Assembly: GCA_964469335.1 (NCBI GenBank)
Contig: CAYXYK010000002.1
Span: forward strand, 189,549-253,548
DNA: 64,000 bases
Source of the DNA: an uncultured Candidatus Saccharibacteria bacterium
GTDB lineage: Bacteria; Patescibacteriota; Minisyncoccia; Phycocordibacterales; UBA6899
Reading direction: 5' to 3'
Part shown: positions 1-9,998 of the stretch, one piece after another
Layout: each line of letters opens with the position of its first letter
Position numbering within the stretch: the stretch's first letter is position 1
Position numbers and translations under genes: made by a program
The notes under the pieces: model-generated
Told to the model about the DNA's origin: nothing
Seen by the model: the letters and a program-made list of their open reading frames with translations, nothing else
The model's database searches: none

Positions 1-361
1 AACGGTCGATCTCCTCGTTTATCTGAGCATCTTTTTCGATATAGGTGTCTGTGGTAGGAAGATACGCTTCTGGCTGGTAAAAATCGTAGTATGAGACGAA
101 ATAGTGCACAGCATTATCTGGGAAAAATAAGCGATACTCTTGCGCGAGCTGCGCTGCAAGTGTCTTATTATGCGCGATCACTAGAGTAGGTTTGTCGAGA
201 TTTGCAATTACATTCGCAGCCGTGAAGGTCTTCCCTGACCCCGTCACACCAAGCAATGTCTGATACCGCATGCCTTCTTTATAACCCCTCGTGAGTGCCT
301 CGATTGCTTTTGGCTGATCACCAGCTGGTTTCCATTCACTTTTTAGATTGAAGTTACTCAT
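1..361 (-). CDS. uvrB: Excinuclease ABC subunit B (UvrB), N-terminal segment; gene continues beyond the window start
   Basis: Reverse-strand translation from ATG at 361..359 gives [81 protein letters not shown]..., a typical UvrB N-terminus with Walker A GSGKT. The start overlaps the tgt stop by 4 bp. Confidence 0.85.
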   Translation of the reverse strand, partial: MSNFNLKSEWKPAGDQPKAIEALTRGYKEGMRYQTLLGVTGSGKTFTAANVIANLDKPTLVIAHNKTLAAQLAQEYRLFFPDNAVHYFVSYYDFYQPEAYLPTTDTYIEKDAQINEEIDR

Positions 362-1626
362 ATCGTCTTATAGTAATCACTTAGGGTCCGTTCCTTCAGT
401 GCCTCATAAGTACCATCCAGCAAAGATATGCGGATACTCTCAACAAGATTGACCGTGAAATGGAGGTTGTGTATCGAACCTAATGCGGCACCAAGCATTT
501 CATCTTCATTAAAAAGATGATGGACGTACGCCCGAGTGTGGTGTGTACAGACATAACAGTCACAATCAGCTTCAATTGGAGTATGGTCATAGGTAAATTT
601 CGCATTATTGATGTTCATTCGACCTCCCTTGGTATAGAGCGAACCGTTACGTCCGAGGCGCGTAGGAGAGACACAGTCGAACGTATCCACCCCCGCTTCA
701 ATCCCATAGAAGAAGTCAATGGGTTCACCGATACCGAGCAGATGTCTTGGTTTCTCTTCAGGAAGAATGGTGTTCACCCAACGCACCGCAGTGCCGATAT
801 CATCTTTACCGAATGAACCTCCGATTCCAAATCCGTCGAAATCCATCGCGCCGATAGTGCGAGCAGCCTCCTCGCGAAGGTCCTGATATTTCCCGCCTTG
901 AATGACGCCGTAGAGTGCCGCGGGAACATTTCCCACCTTCTTCGAGTCAGAAATTTCAAGTAGTCGTTTATGTTCTGCCAGGCTGCGTTCTGCCCACGCT
1001 CGCGTTCTGTCGAGCGATATCTTTTGCTTGTCATGTGGCTGTGTCGGAGAAGTGCATTCATCGAAAGCAACAATGATATCAGCGCCGATATTATGCTGGA
1101 TCTGGATCGAACGTTCCGGAGTAAAACGATGACTCGATCCGTCTCGATGGGATTTGAATGTCACTCCATCGTCATCAATCTTCGCGAGCTGATTGTGGTC
1201 TGTGTCGGTGTCTTCTTGATGCTCTTCTTCTTTCGCTACCTTGCCTATTCCTTTCCCGTACGCAACTCCCAATGAGAACACCTGGAAACCTCCCGAATCC
1301 GTGAAGGTCGGTCCGTCCCAATCCATAAATTTCGAGAGTCCTCCCGCCTTAGCAATGAGCTCATCGCCCGGCGCAAGATAGAGATGGTAGGTGTTCGAAA
1401 GCACCGCTTGGGTACCAAGCACTTCCACCTGCTCCATCGTCAGCGACTTCACTGTCGCTTTCGTTCCCACTACGATGAAGGCGGGGGTATTTATATCCCC
1501 GTGCGGCGTATGGATCACCCCGACTCTAGCCAGGGAGCCGGGGATCTTTTTCTCAATAGTAAAGCCGAACTTTTTCACGCTTTGACTATACCATAATATG
1601 TTTTCTTCTCCAGTTTTACCCGACAT
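358..1626 (-). CDS. tgt: Queuine tRNA-ribosyltransferase
   Basis: 422-aa ORF with the Tgt hallmarks [27 protein letters not shown] and the zinc site CDCYVC. It carries an acidic insertion ([16 protein letters not shown]...) relative to canonical Tgt. Confidence 0.9.
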   Translation of the reverse strand: MSGKTGEENILWYSQSVKKFGFTIEKKIPGSLARVGVIHTPHGDINTPAFIVVGTKATVKSLTMEQVEVLGTQAVLSNTYHLYLAPGDELIAKAGGLSKFMDWDGPTFTDSGGFQVFSLGVAYGKGIGKVAKEEEHQEDTDTDHNQLAKIDDDGVTFKSHRDGSSHRFTPERSIQIQHNIGADIIVAFDECTSPTQPHDKQKISLDRTRAWAERSLAEHKRLLEISDSKKVGNVPAALYGVIQGGKYQDLREEAARTIGAMDFDGFGIGGSFGKDDIGTAVRWVNTILPEEKPRHLLGIGEPIDFFYGIEAGVDTFDCVSPTRLGRNGSLYTKGGRMNINNAKFTYDHTPIEADCDCYVCTHHTRAYVHHLFNEDEMLGAALGSIHNLHFTVNLVESIRISLLDGTYEALKERTLSDYYKTI

Positions 1627-1682
1627 GTATCCGTGTTACAGTCAGAATAGAATTTCTACTTCACCTTTCTGAGGAGTCAGTC

Positions 1683-2477
1683 ATGGAACAGTACCTTGAA
1701 TACCTTCGCACCATCAACACGAAAGGAAAACGAAAGACGGACCGCACGGGAACAGGAACAACGAGCATCTTCGGGTACCAGATGCGTTTTGATTTGTCCG
1801 AGGGTCTCCCCTTGGTCACAACCAAGAAGCTACACACGAAGTCGATCATCTACGAACTGCTGTGGATGCTCCGTGGTGACAGCAATGTGCGATGGCTGCA
1901 GGAGCGTGGCGTCACTATCTGGGATGAGTGGTCTGACGCGAACGGCGATCTCGGACCTGTGTACGGTACGCAGTGGCGGTCATGGCCAACACCTGACGGT
2001 CGTATCGTCGACCAGATAGCTGAGGTCGTTGAGCTTCTGAAGCACGATCCTGACTCACGGCGTATCTTGGTCAGTGCCTGGAACGTCGCCGACCTGCACA
2101 AGATGGCGCTCATGCCGTGCCATGCCCTATTCCAGTTCTACGTTGCTGACGGCAAGCTTTCGTGTCAGCTATATCAACGCAGCTGCGATTCATTCCTTGG
2201 CGTTCCGTTCAACATTGCCTCCTATGCGCTACTCACGATGATGATGGCGCAGGTAACTTGCCTTGGTCTCGGTGAATTCATTTGGACCGGGGGTGACTGC
2301 CATATCTACAGCAACCACGATGAGCAAGTCGCACTCCAACTCACCAGGACGCCATACCCACTCCCAAAGATGGTGCTCAACCCCGCTGTCACATCTATCT
2401 TCGATTTCACTTATGACGATTTCACCCTCGAAGGGTACCAATCGCATCCGGCTATCAAGGCACCTGTAGCAAAATGA
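1683..2477 (+). CDS. thyA: Thymidylate synthase
   Basis: 264-aa ORF with strong ThyA family similarity along its length ([25 protein letters not shown], catalytic Cys region [13 protein letters not shown]). Confidence 0.95.
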   Translation: MEQYLEYLRTINTKGKRKTDRTGTGTTSIFGYQMRFDLSEGLPLVTTKKLHTKSIIYELLWMLRGDSNVRWLQERGVTIWDEWSDANGDLGPVYGTQWRSWPTPDGRIVDQIAEVVELLKHDPDSRRILVSAWNVADLHKMALMPCHALFQFYVADGKLSCQLYQRSCDSFLGVPFNIASYALLTMMMAQVTCLGLGEFIWTGGDCHIYSNHDEQVALQLTRTPYPLPKMVLNPAVTSIFDFTYDDFTLEGYQSHPAIKAPVAK

Positions 2478-2563
2478 ATTCCTTTTTCTTTGCCCCGCAT
2501 AAGCGGGGCATTCTTTATAAAAAAATCGGGCAAGTTCCCTTGCCCAACCTTGTTCCCTTCGGT

Positions 2564-3061
2564 TCACTTGCGCTTGAGCACCATGAATTCCATCCGCAAT
2601 GAGTCTTTTTCGTTCACTTCGATGACACGTTCGACATGCTCGCTCCAGCTATCGCGATCGAATGTCGGGAAATACGTATCCGAAGGAAAGGTCCCGTCGA
2701 TCCTGGTGATGTACATCGTGTCCACTCTTGCCATGAAGAGTGCATAGATCTCGCCGCCGCCGATGACGAACACTTTCTCGGTCTTCTTTTCCTCACAGGA
2801 TGTGAGCGCCATTTCGATCGACGTGAAGCACTCTGCTCCGTCGCGCCTCCCGGTGATATCGCGAGTGATCACGATGTTTCTTCTATTCGGAAGCGGGCGC
2901 CTGAGCGACACGAAGGTCTTTCTCCCCATGATCACCGTGTGTCCGGTAGTCAGCTCGCGAAATCGCCTCATATCTGAAGGAACTTTCCCTCTCCAGGCCA
3001 TGTCACCTTGAAAACCGAGGCCGCCATTCCTGTCTACCGCCGCAAGGATTGCGATTTCCAT
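2564..3061 (-). CDS. folA: Dihydrofolate reductase
   Basis: DHFR-like sequence MEIAILAAVDRNGGLGFQGDMAWR...VIMGRKTF...VIGGGEIY. Start is taken at the internal Met (cat at 3059..3061); the ORF track extends to 3103. It is convergent with thyA, the classic thyA/folA pairing. Confidence 0.85.
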   Translation of the reverse strand: MEIAILAAVDRNGGLGFQGDMAWRGKVPSDMRRFRELTTGHTVIMGRKTFVSLRRPLPNRRNIVITRDITGRRDGAECFTSIEMALTSCEEKKTEKVFVIGGGEIYALFMARVDTMYITRIDGTFPSDTYFPTFDRDSWSEHVERVIEVNEKDSLRMEFMVLKRK

Positions 3062-3133
3062 GTGCCTTCTCCTCAAATGATGGAAAATGAAGTTCTGGCA
3101 CAAGTCTATTCAATACTTTAAAAACGCGCAAAT

Positions 3134-3982
3134 CTACGTAATTCGTGACTTTATGAATGCTAGTGCACCGTAAAGTCCTCCGATGTCGCCGAGTTCTGAG
3201 TGTACAATATGCGGAAGTTCGGGATAAATACGTAGAATTCCCCCAAGATGAGATCTTACCTCGTCTACCGATATGCCAATCTCTTTCATCATCGATCCTC
3301 CGAGCACTACGACATCCGGTGACCAATGGACGATCGTGTTATTAAGCCCATATGCAAGCAGTCTTGCCATGTCATTCCAGAATTTCTTATCAGTGATCTC
3401 ATAGGGCTTTTTGTTGTAGCGCTCAGTTATCGCTGAACCTGAGACATAACCCTCGAGGTCAAGGCCGAGTCCGCCCACAGAATCTTTGTGGAAACCTCCA
3501 CTTGCATCGAATATTTGGTGTCCCGGTTCAAAGCCCATTGCCGACGAGTCTATCTTTCCATTCACAATCCGAACACCTCCAACTCCTGTCGACACAGTAA
3601 TGTACGCAACAATGTCATACCCTTTGCCCCCACCGTAAACTGCTTCACCTAAACCAACCACGGCAGCGTCGTTTGCGAGTGATACTTCGGTTGAAAGTCC
3701 GGTCTCAATTGCATATTTGACATTCTTTCCGTTCCAACCAGGGAGATGCGGAGATTTGAGAATTACTGCTCTGTCACGCGAAAACACCCCAGCAACGTCG
3801 CCTGCAGCATGGTCTATCTTTTCCCCTCCAGTGAGCTCGAAAGAGACGTCTTTGAGTAACCGTATCGCCGTATCGAAATCCTTCGGTGTGTCGACTATTC
3901 TTGGCTCTCCGAACGACTCACTGTCATGTGCGAGAGCGATACGAGTCTTTGTCCCGCCGATATCGAAAAGTATATAGTTCAT
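3134..3982 (-). CDS. ROK-family sugar kinase (glucokinase-like)
   Basis: N-terminal ILFDIGGTKTRIAL ATP-binding motif, Gly-rich ROK core and size (282 aa). Confidence 0.8.
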   Translation of the reverse strand: MNYILFDIGGTKTRIALAHDSESFGEPRIVDTPKDFDTAIRLLKDVSFELTGGEKIDHAAGDVAGVFSRDRAVILKSPHLPGWNGKNVKYAIETGLSTEVSLANDAAVVGLGEAVYGGGKGYDIVAYITVSTGVGGVRIVNGKIDSSAMGFEPGHQIFDASGGFHKDSVGGLGLDLEGYVSGSAITERYNKKPYEITDKKFWNDMARLLAYGLNNTIVHWSPDVVVLGGSMMKEIGISVDEVRSHLGGILRIYPELPHIVHSELGDIGGLYGALAFIKSRIT

Positions 3983-5296
3983 TTATTTATGATTTTGAGT
4001 ATTGAGGATGTCTCTCATTACTTTCTTGTAATCTTCGACGTTCGGCTGGTCGAATGCATCTACATGAAAAAGCTCCGCAAGATACATCACACTGATCATC
4101 TGCCACTCAAGGAACATTCCAAGTGAGTAAGGAGATATGTCTGGCAGCATTACTTCTCCATATGGCAGCTTATGATTATTGTATGCGATTACTGTACCTC
4201 CATAGATCGCTTGCATGATCTCATCTGGAGAACGACCTCCGATACCAGGGACCAGTGATGTAAAAAGCCCGTCTTTGGGAATAACGAGCCGCGATGGCGA
4301 CTTCACGTAGGTGATTAGAGTGAATTTATCCTTTGGCCCACCAAAATAGAGCTGTCCGACCGAATGAAGATCGGTCGAGCCAATCGAAACAATGGGAGTA
4401 AGTCCGGAGTGGACAACCTTTCCTGTTTTGTCGTGCTCTTTTCCTAATGACTCGGCATAAAGCTGTCTCGCCCATTTTCCGACTGATTCGAGTTCAGGAT
4501 TAAAAAAGAAAAAATTGCAGAGCTTTGCTCCGTCATGGTGAGCCCTGAAAATCGTCTCCGCGAGACGCAGTGAATGATTCTCACCCGAAAAGTTACTGCG
4601 AAGAAAGTCTTTTGCTCCAAGCAACAATTCTTGGATATCGACACCGACCAGAGCGAGCGGAAATAGTCCGACCGGCGTGAACACTGAATACCTTCCCCCA
4701 ACTAGTTTGGGTATCGGCAGTACCCCCAGCCCCTCTTTCTCGGCTGCCTTCCATAACTGGGAATTATGATCCGTCGTGACGATGATGCGCTCTTTAATCT
4801 TAGGGAATCGCCTCAGAAGGTACCCGTACAAGAGCTCGAAATTTGCAATGCTCTCCGTCGTTCCACCCGACTTACTGATGAGATTCACGACGATCTCTTC
4901 GGGATACGAGACATCAAGTTCGAGGATCCGCTCGATATCGAGAATAAGCTTTGTTGATACGGTATCCAAAAAAATAATCTGAGGGTACCCCTCGTGCACC
5001 CCATCACGTTCCCTTCGAATAGCATCGTAGATTGCCTGAGTTCCGAGGTTTGAACCACCGATACCGACTACGACCACATATCGAAGTGAGGTTGTGAAGT
5101 ACCGTTCGACTTGGTGCTTCACTTCTGCAAGCATCGCAGTGTCGAGCGGCAGACGCAAAGAGTGTTCATGTGTCACATACTCCCCACTTTTCATACTAGC
5201 GATATCGGAAAGCATTTCAGTATAACCAGACATACGCTCTGGAATATGCGCTCGACCTGTCACGTTGTGATAACTGTAGTTGAGACTTTGCTTCAT
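3983..5296 (-). CDS. pgi: Glucose-6-phosphate isomerase
   Basis: 437 aa with PGI motifs VGIGGSNLG, SKSGGTTE and GGRYSVF. The 5' end overlaps the upstream GH15 gene by 4 bp. Confidence 0.9.
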   Translation of the reverse strand: MKQSLNYSYHNVTGRAHIPERMSGYTEMLSDIASMKSGEYVTHEHSLRLPLDTAMLAEVKHQVERYFTTSLRYVVVVGIGGSNLGTQAIYDAIRRERDGVHEGYPQIIFLDTVSTKLILDIERILELDVSYPEEIVVNLISKSGGTTESIANFELLYGYLLRRFPKIKERIIVTTDHNSQLWKAAEKEGLGVLPIPKLVGGRYSVFTPVGLFPLALVGVDIQELLLGAKDFLRSNFSGENHSLRLAETIFRAHHDGAKLCNFFFFNPELESVGKWARQLYAESLGKEHDKTGKVVHSGLTPIVSIGSTDLHSVGQLYFGGPKDKFTLITYVKSPSRLVIPKDGLFTSLVPGIGGRSPDEIMQAIYGGTVIAYNNHKLPYGEVMLPDISPYSLGMFLEWQMISVMYLAELFHVDAFDQPNVEDYKKVMRDILNTQNHK

Positions 5297-7269
5297 AGAC
5301 GTGGGATCTCCGCGATACCGAGTTCTCCGAGTTTACGCATGTACATAATGACCGTACGAATGTATTCGGAATGACTCCAAGTAAGAGGAGCTGCGGAAAG
5401 TTGTTCTCCAGTATATGGGTTTAGTTGTTCAGACATCACTCCTGACCGAAGGGCGTTGTGTTCGACCCAATTAAGTTCCTCGCGAACAAGATCAAGATCG
5501 TGATCATTCTTGGCAAGAGCGATAGCATATTGCGTATACCAGAGTGTGGTGATGAACCATGGGTTACCAGTCTCTCCACCGCCAGAGAAGAAGTAATGGT
5601 CGCCCTCGTATCTTGCAATTCCTCCTACCGGTGTCTTTATGGTCAGTCGTTCTTTAGTGAGTTTCATCGCTCGCTGAAGACGCTCATCTTCGGGTGGCAA
5701 CACCCCGAACAAGAATATCCCGTAAGCACTAGATGAATCGATGGTGCGATCATAAATCGTCATGCCGCGAGGGTCGATGATCAATGAGCGATAGAAGCTC
5801 CCATCTTCGATGTTGTACAGGTGCTTAACTATCGCTTCGCGCATGTCCTCAGCGATACGATCAAAATTGTGTTCGCTTCTTTCCTTCCCAAGCATCTCTG
5901 CGAATCGCGCGGCAGCCTTAAGCCCCGCATAAACTGTAGCGGCGGTATATGTATGTACTCCGAACTTCTCCTCCCAGAGGTTATATGAGGGTTTTGGAAG
6001 ACCTGAATACGGATCACGATACGATGCCAAGAAGATCGCAGCTTTCTTGATGAACGAATTATAGATCGACTCAATGAAATCGAGATCCTTCGAGACGAGC
6101 CAGTGTTCCCATAGTGCCCACAATATCAACGCCGTCTCATCTTCTTGAATTGGAAGTTCGGGTTTTCCACCCACGAGCCATCCGTGCCATGAAGAACCCA
6201 GTGAACCGTCAGCCCGGTATTTATGCATCAAGTAGCCATCTTCGGTGATCGACTTATTGCAAAACTCAAAGAATTGCCTAGCGCTATGTCGATCGCCGAT
6301 CCAATCGAGTGTAGTTGCTACATACGCTGAGTCGCGTGGCCACACATAGGCGTACGTATCGCGCCCCCCTTGAAGCATATCGGAATCACCAGAAGCGATT
6401 ACACCTCCATGACGGTCAACATGCGAACGAAGGATAAACTGCGATTTCTTAAAGAGATCGATGAGTGTATCTCCAAGTCCATAGAAGTTCCAGTTATTTC
6501 TTTCTACCCACGCGTACCAATAGTCTCGGGAGCTTTTCATGATCGCGTCAGGGCTGTTTTGTATCACAAACTGATTCAGTGATTTCACTTCTTCGATTGA
6601 ATGGCCTACAGCAAGCCAATAATGGAAAAGTCCCACGCTTTGCGGACCGACCCTAAGTGTCACACCTATCGTCGAATCGACACGCCCATGCTCGATCGAG
6701 TTCTTTGAGAGCACCCCATCTTCTGCGTCACGATAGGTCCCTTCCTTTCCTTCTATCTCGAAGATACCGACAGTATAATCATCAAACCCTTTTCCATCAT
6801 GGAGTGCGTTCATGAGAAATGCCCTCCTTCCTTCATAGTGAATCACTGTGTTACTCATCGGATCGTAAAATGCGGTGTCGAGGTTCTCTGAGTGGTATAT
6901 CTCATACTGATGATTGAAAAACACCCTGATTTCTCGCTCTCCGTCTCTTCTGTTCTGTACCTTCACCTTGCGCAGGAAGATGTTCTTCTCGTTTGAAAGC
7001 GAATCAGTGAAGTGCAGCTCGATCCCAAGCCGAGATGAGAACAGACTTGTCAGACCAGTATATGCACCGTCGGAGCGTGTATCGACAATCCAAGTATTGT
7101 CATCAGTCCATGAAAATTGTCCGTCTACCCACACTCCTATTTTGTGACGATAGTGCCCACCGATATGATTCTCGAGTCCGACATAAGGAAAATACAAATC
7201 ACGGACCTGACCATATTTGTCAGTCGTAATAAGTGTCGAACCATTTCCGAATGCAAGGGACTTTGCCAT
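5293..7269 (-). CDS. Glycoside hydrolase family 15 (glucoamylase / glucodextranase-like)
   Basis: 658-aa protein with bacterial/archaeal GH15 organisation, an N-terminal beta-sandwich followed by an (alpha/alpha)6 catalytic domain (WPRDSAY..., GLWEE...). Confidence 0.8.
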   Translation of the reverse strand: MAKSLAFGNGSTLITTDKYGQVRDLYFPYVGLENHIGGHYRHKIGVWVDGQFSWTDDNTWIVDTRSDGAYTGLTSLFSSRLGIELHFTDSLSNEKNIFLRKVKVQNRRDGEREIRVFFNHQYEIYHSENLDTAFYDPMSNTVIHYEGRRAFLMNALHDGKGFDDYTVGIFEIEGKEGTYRDAEDGVLSKNSIEHGRVDSTIGVTLRVGPQSVGLFHYWLAVGHSIEEVKSLNQFVIQNSPDAIMKSSRDYWYAWVERNNWNFYGLGDTLIDLFKKSQFILRSHVDRHGGVIASGDSDMLQGGRDTYAYVWPRDSAYVATTLDWIGDRHSARQFFEFCNKSITEDGYLMHKYRADGSLGSSWHGWLVGGKPELPIQEDETALILWALWEHWLVSKDLDFIESIYNSFIKKAAIFLASYRDPYSGLPKPSYNLWEEKFGVHTYTAATVYAGLKAAARFAEMLGKERSEHNFDRIAEDMREAIVKHLYNIEDGSFYRSLIIDPRGMTIYDRTIDSSSAYGIFLFGVLPPEDERLQRAMKLTKERLTIKTPVGGIARYEGDHYFFSGGGETGNPWFITTLWYTQYAIALAKNDHDLDLVREELNWVEHNALRSGVMSEQLNPYTGEQLSAAPLTWSHSEYIRTVIMYMRKLGELGIAEIPRL

Positions 7270-7324
7270 GCGAGTAGTATATCAGATTAACGTGTATACG
7301 ACCGATCAAGCGAGACGGGTATAA

Positions 7325-8635
7325 TCATTTCTTCTTCTTTGTGACAGTCTTCTTCTTCGCAGTCGGCAAAACTTTCTTCGCTTTTTTCTTTACTGATTTG
7401 GCTGCCACTTTTTTTACCGTTGCCTTCATCTTCGGCCCCTCCTTTGTCTTGAGTCGAAGTCGCAAGTCATGCAATACATTATTAAATGCGATGAACGCCT
7501 CATACGGCGTGTCATATGGGTTGAAGTACTTATGGACATCACCATCAGCGAACCACTTCGTGCACATGTAGTAATAGTGGTCTGATGTCTGCAGTTTTCT
7601 CCAATCTTCGATGATCTCAAGATTTCCTGATGAAATCACCTCTTGTTCTAATGCATAGATATTCGCTATCGCTTCATGTTGCATCCCATTCGAGAGCCAA
7701 GCAGAGAGGTCGCGCTCGACATCCGCCCATGAGACAAAATTATGGGCATCGAATTCGCCGACGACTGGGTATCGTTTCGCTGCTTCTGTTACTGTAACGA
7801 AATCATTATCGGGGTTCTTGAGTATTTCTCCCGGCAGTGCCTTCATGAATTCGAAGATGCCAGTATCCTCCCACTGATGTTCTCCGAATGTCTCATAATC
7901 CATGAACAGATTCACGAGATTTCCGTTCCCGTTCACCGCGCTTACCCACTGTGCGAAGGTCTCAGATTTAAGTGGCCATTCAGCCCAGTCTCGCGAAGAA
8001 AAACGGAATGCTATGTCATCAGAAAGCTTATAATTCTTAAGAAGCGTCTTAATCTTTGTGGTACCAGGTGAGCGGTAGAGGAAATTAGGACTTCTCCACC
8101 CAAGGATGTGATCTGCACCTTCAGCCAAGATCGCCTTATAACCCATGTCTTCGACCGTCTTCGCAAGTTCGTTGTTATAGATCAACTCAGTATTTCGAAA
8201 TGCAGTTGGAACTACACCGAATAATTTCTGAACTTTCTCGCGATGCATCGCGACCTGGCGTTTGAATTCATCTTTTGAGTAAAGGTATGAGAGTGAGTGA
8301 TAGTAGGTCTCATCGAGCACCTCAACCTGTCCGGTTCCAACGAGTTTTTGGAAGGACTTCAGTGTCTCAGGAGAGAACTCTTGAAGCTGGTCGAGAAACA
8401 CTCCAGAAAAAGAGAACGTGAACTTAAATTCAGGATGTTTCTTCAGTAGATCAAGCAAGACTGCATTCATCGGCAAATAGCATTTCTTCGCGACCTTATG
8501 GAGTATCTTTTCGTTGTTGATATCTCGATCGCTTTTGTCATTGAAATATTCATGGTCATTGCCTACGTCAAAGATGCGATACTTTTTTGTACGGTATGGT
8601 TGATGGACTTGAAAATAAAAACAGACGGATGGCAT
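7325..8635 (-). CDS. Glycoside hydrolase family 57 (alpha-amylase / 4-alpha-glucanotransferase type) with a Lys-rich C-terminal tail
   Basis: N-terminal FYFQVHQPYR motif characteristic of GH57, 436 aa. The C-terminus is KATVKKVAAKSVKKKAKKVLPTAKKKTVTKKKK. Confidence 0.8.
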   Translation of the reverse strand: MPSVCFYFQVHQPYRTKKYRIFDVGNDHEYFNDKSDRDINNEKILHKVAKKCYLPMNAVLLDLLKKHPEFKFTFSFSGVFLDQLQEFSPETLKSFQKLVGTGQVEVLDETYYHSLSYLYSKDEFKRQVAMHREKVQKLFGVVPTAFRNTELIYNNELAKTVEDMGYKAILAEGADHILGWRSPNFLYRSPGTTKIKTLLKNYKLSDDIAFRFSSRDWAEWPLKSETFAQWVSAVNGNGNLVNLFMDYETFGEHQWEDTGIFEFMKALPGEILKNPDNDFVTVTEAAKRYPVVGEFDAHNFVSWADVERDLSAWLSNGMQHEAIANIYALEQEVISSGNLEIIEDWRKLQTSDHYYYMCTKWFADGDVHKYFNPYDTPYEAFIAFNNVLHDLRLRLKTKEGPKMKATVKKVAAKSVKKKAKKVLPTAKKKTVTKKKK

Positions 8636-8639
8636 AGAT

Positions 8640-9863
8640 TTAATTGGCTTGAGTTACTATTTGATCATAGAGTGCGTTGCATTTCCCCGCAGCACTTTCC
8701 CATGTGACATGCTCAACGTCGACAGAGCCGAGCTCACCGAGTGTTTCCTTGAGACCCTTGCTCTCAACGACGTTGATAATCTTATCTGCCATATCGTCGA
8801 TATCCCAAAAGTCGGACTTGAGCGCATGGGTAAGTACTTCCGCAACACCCGACTGCTTTGATACAAGGATCGGGGTCCCATTCGCAAGCGCTTCAAGCGC
8901 CGTGATGCCGAATGGTTCAGAAACAGACGGCATAATGTAGAGGTCAGCGGCTCGATAGAGTTTCATCAATTCCTCACCTCGGACGAAACCGGCAAAAATC
9001 ACTTTATCACCTATTCCCATGTCCGAAGCCAATCTGATCATCTGATGTTCCATATCCCCTGATCCTCCCATGACAAAAAGTACATTTTGATCGAACTCGA
9101 GCACGCGCTTCGCAACTTTGATGAAGTAGTCAGGCCCCTTCTGGATGGTGATGCGCCCGACGAAGAGGACAATTTTCTTCCCCTCCGCTCGAACGTTTTG
9201 GAGTGCAGGTGGCAGTTCCTTGGCATGTTCAGCATGATCGATACCATTGTGTACGACGGTGATCTTGTCGGGGTGTATATCATAATGCTCGACGATCACA
9301 TTCTTGGTGTGTTGCGAAACTGCGATGATACAGTCTGCCGCATGCATACCCCGACGTTCCTCGTCATAGATATACTGATTTGGTTTTCCGGCAGTTCGAT
9401 CGAACTCGGTTGCATGTACATGAACGATGAGCGGCTTGCCTGATACGCGTTTTGCCTCAAGTCCCGCGCGGAAAGACAGCCAGTCATGCGCATGAATGAC
9501 ATCATGGGGTTCATCTGCTGCGATGATCCGCGCTTGTAGGCCATAGCGCCTTACTTCATCGAAAAGATTCAACCCGTAGATCTTGTCTTCAGGAGCTGTT
9601 CGAAGGTACTCATCATAGAGCTCAGCGTTGATGTATGGATGCAGTAATGTCTTAATCTCACGAACTTTTATGTTGCGAATATTCGCGAACACAATCTTGA
9701 GGAAATCATGTTCGAGCCCGTTCAGTTTTTTCGGAAGAACAAATGTTACATTCACATCTCGACGCGAAAGTGCACGGGTCAACCCGTAGCAGGCTGTACC
9801 TAAACCGCCGCTGTTGTGCGGTGGGAATTCCCATCCAAACATGAGCACGCGTATGTTCTTCAT
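8640..9863 (-). CDS. GT4 glycosyltransferase (glycogen-synthase-like)
   Basis: 407 aa with a GT-B fold and the EPFG...E motif (SEPFGITALEALANGTPIL). It sits with GH57, GH15, pgi and a glucokinase. Confidence 0.75.
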   Translation of the reverse strand: MKNIRVLMFGWEFPPHNSGGLGTACYGLTRALSRRDVNVTFVLPKKLNGLEHDFLKIVFANIRNIKVREIKTLLHPYINAELYDEYLRTAPEDKIYGLNLFDEVRRYGLQARIIAADEPHDVIHAHDWLSFRAGLEAKRVSGKPLIVHVHATEFDRTAGKPNQYIYDEERRGMHAADCIIAVSQHTKNVIVEHYDIHPDKITVVHNGIDHAEHAKELPPALQNVRAEGKKIVLFVGRITIQKGPDYFIKVAKRVLEFDQNVLFVMGGSGDMEHQMIRLASDMGIGDKVIFAGFVRGEELMKLYRAADLYIMPSVSEPFGITALEALANGTPILVSKQSGVAEVLTHALKSDFWDIDDMADKIINVVESKGLKETLGELGSVDVEHVTWESAAGKCNALYDQIVTQAN

Positions 9864-9998
9864 TGCAAATTAAAAGAAACAGGCGGGCACTCGCTCTAGT
9901 GCTCTCTGGGGCCTTGCGAAAAGTATAACATACACTATGTGTATTTTATATATGGGGTTTATCCACTTATTCAGAGATAAAGGATCATGCACCTGTTA

